A stretch of 64,000 nt of DNA, taken from positions 13,888,001 to 13,952,000 of the forward strand of contig JBHGNT010000018.1 of assembly GCA_043228905.1 (NCBI GenBank), written 5' to 3'. Under the pieces are notes generated by a model that did no database searches, had not been told where the DNA came from, and saw only the letters and a program-made list of their open reading frames with translations. A program made the position numbers and the translations under genes. Numbering within the stretch: the first letter of the stretch is position 1; each line of letters opens with the position of its first letter. The DNA is from Azolla caroliniana (lineage: Eukaryota; Plantae; Polypodiophyta). This document shows, in pieces, positions 61,503 to 64,000 of this stretch.

Positions 61503-64000
61503 TGTCATGATATGACAAGACTCGAACTCATGACCTTATATTATATGGGTCGAACTCTTGACCATTATACCATCCATTGTAATACATAGGATATTATTTT
61601 CATTTAAGTTTTATTAATGTATATTCCAGATTTCTCTGGAACATTCTAGAAGCTTCAGGATTACTCCTGAGAACACTATAAAAGAAGGCACTAGGCATTA
61701 TCTTGAACCAAATTGGTTCAACGCCAGTCTTAAGCCTCATAGCTATCTTGTACTTACTCTTCCTATAATATATCATATGTTATCATCATCTCTCTCTCTC
61801 TCTCTCCTCTTCTCTTTCCTCTCTCTCGGTGCAGTCCCGTCCTCTTAGTACTAATAGTACTTCCCTTCTCTAGTACTAATTCTCTCTCTGTTTTAGTACT
61901 ATTCCTAATAGTTTGAACTAATTTTTCCTCTCTAGTCTTTCTTTTGGTTTCCCTCATCCTCTTATCTCTTTTTTCTATACAATGGCATCTGTTAGCGCCT
62001 AAGAATACCAATCCGTTTTCTCCAAGCTACAGTGTCTAAAAGAAAAATTTGTTGCCTTGGAATAAGAAAACCAATAGTTGTTAGGGGATCTTCAACAAAT
62101 CGCCCTAGAAAAACAGCAAACACAACAACAACATGGGGAGTTAGCGTTACGTGTGCAACAACTCGAAGCAGCGTTGCAACAACAAGGATCAAGTCCCCAA
62201 GGATTTCATAAAGAGCCCAAGATTGGACTTCCTGTGAAATTTGATTGAACACGGTCGCAATTTAGGGGATTCCTCAATCAAGTACGCTTAGTCATTCAGA
62301 TGCATCCTTCTCGATACCTCATTGATGCATCCTGAGTCGGCCTAATAGGCACGTTGCTTAGCGGCTCAACCTTGGCATGGTTTGCTCAGCTTCTAGAAAA
62401 ACAATCGCCCTTACTTAATAACTTTGAAGACTTTATTAGTGAGTTTAAAGCTTGCTTTGGAGATACAGACAACATCCGGACGACGATCAACAAAATCCGA
62501 TGATGGCGTTAAGGCGATCGTCCAACCTCTGCCTACGTGGCAGATTTTCGTCTACTCGCTTCAGATATCCCCTGGGATGATCAGGCACTAATGGAGCAAT
62601 TTTGCTACAGCCTGCGAAACAATGTCAAAGACCTACTTCTAACCTTCCCCGAAGAACCAAATTCTCTTACGGAGGCAATCAGTCGAGCGGTCCGATGCGA
62701 CAACCGCCTTTTCGAACGACGTTCAAAACGTCAATTACAAATACCACGCTCTAGGCCGGAACCCACTTACGCCTCAGTCGTGGCTAAACCGTTTGCACGA
62801 GACATACCTCAACCAAATACTCCAACACCAATGGAGATCGACACCATGCGTCGATGTGGCTCGTTATTGGAAGAAGAAAAGCAACGATGACGTGCAAATC
62901 GATTATGTCTTTATTGCGGTGGACCAGGGCATATCACAATCAATTGTCCCCATAGGCCAAGAAGACAGGTAAATCAAATCGTAGCTTGTACTAAACCCGA
63001 GTCAATTCTTCCCTTAGGAGTGTCTGATAGTATTAATAGTACTAATAGAGTGTCTGATAGTATTAATAGTACTAATAGCCCAAATATCTCAAACAAATTT
63101 GAAATCCTTAGTCAATTAGATGAAGAGTTAAATGATTGAGTCCAGCCAAAATAGGAGCCATTTGGTTGGACAGCCCTAGATCTGTACAGCCCATTAGTGG
63201 TTCCATTCCCGCCAAGCAAGTTAGCAATGTGTTCCTAGCCCAAGTCATGGTTAGTACTAAAAGTACTCCCCAAGTACACATCCTAGCACTTCTAGATTCC
63301 GGAGCTAATTCTTGTTTCATGGATCGAAATTTTGCCCAAGCTTCTCAGATATCCTTAAGAAAACTTCCTTGCCCCACATCTATAGTAGTCATTGATGGTC
63401 ATCCCATTGCTTCCGGGAATATTGTAGAAGAGTCAGAACCCATTCAAGTTGTCCTAGGTAGTTTTGTGTGTGTAGTATCATTTAATATAATTAGTAGTCC
63501 AGAGCATCCCATTGTCTTGGGATTACCTTGGTTTGAATTACATAATCCAGACATCGACTGGAGAACAAGAGAAGTCCGACATCGACAACCCCAAGAATCT
63601 ACTCATCGAGTTTCAACTATTTCACTACGTCAATTACGCGAAGAAGGACACAAGGAGGCAATGTTCCTATTTGCAATATCAGTACATCCTCCAGCACTAT
63701 TAAGGAGGAATCCTTAGTGCAACTTCCGGCGAAATATCATCCTTATGCCGATGTATTTAAAAAGGTAAAAGCCAGTACTCTTCCTAATCATCGTCCCTAT
63801 GATTGTCCCATCGATTTACAACCAAGTGCAGAGCCACCATGGAGACCAATTTACAACTTGTCACCCACCGAGTTAGAAGTCCTTCGAGCCTACATAGAGG
63901 AGAACTTGGCAAGCAGGTTTATTCGTCATTTGAAATCTCCGGCCGGTGCACCCATCTTCTTTGTCAAGAAGAAAGATGGCTCACTTCATCTCGTCGTTGA
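61503..64000 (+). mobile_element. Chromovirus-type (Tcn1-like) gypsy, 5' part: LTR, gag, PR, RT start; runs off the window
   Basis: Gag has EPKIGLP…FRGFLNQV and LCLYCGGPGH, PR has ALLDSGANSCF and IVLGLPWF, and RT has SPAGAPIFFVKKKDG. There are several stops and a 30-bp tandem duplication at 63018-63077. Confidence 0.88.
63127..63171 (+). promoter_or_regulatory. Putative -1 ribosomal frameshift signal at the gag/pol junction
   Basis: The heptamer G TTA AAT is followed by a 6-nt spacer and the hairpin GTCCAGCCAAA/TTTGGTTGGAC. The pol ORF is in the -1 frame relative to gag. Confidence 0.65.

Overview
This is a eukaryotic transposon graveyard, most likely from a non-seed land plant (bryophyte, lycophyte or fern; inferred from the element types), with no supportable host gene. 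About 90% of it is nested retroelements. The first stack is LINE < Ty3/gypsy A (tRNA-Trp PBS) < Ty3/gypsy B (2741-17368, TSD CGCCT) < near-intact Ty1/copia C (5303-10478, TSD GGCTG). In the second stack, gypsy A' hosts copia E and solo LTR F, and F in turn hosts copia D and solo LTR G. A very young Tat-like gypsy (46600-53379, TSD GTAAC) sits inside a single-ORF LINE, and chromovirus remnants occupy the right end. The most unusual observation is that element B has no polypurine tract. In its place is a copy of the tRNA-Arg 3' end (an inverted second PBS), which suggests tRNA-primed plus-strand synthesis or end-to-end RNA pairing. B also carries an extra coiled-coil ORF of about 900 aa. Several LTR families contain tRNA-like Pol III A/B-box motifs. 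All alignments and mismatch counts were done by eye, and the tRNA sequences used for comparison were recalled rather than searched.
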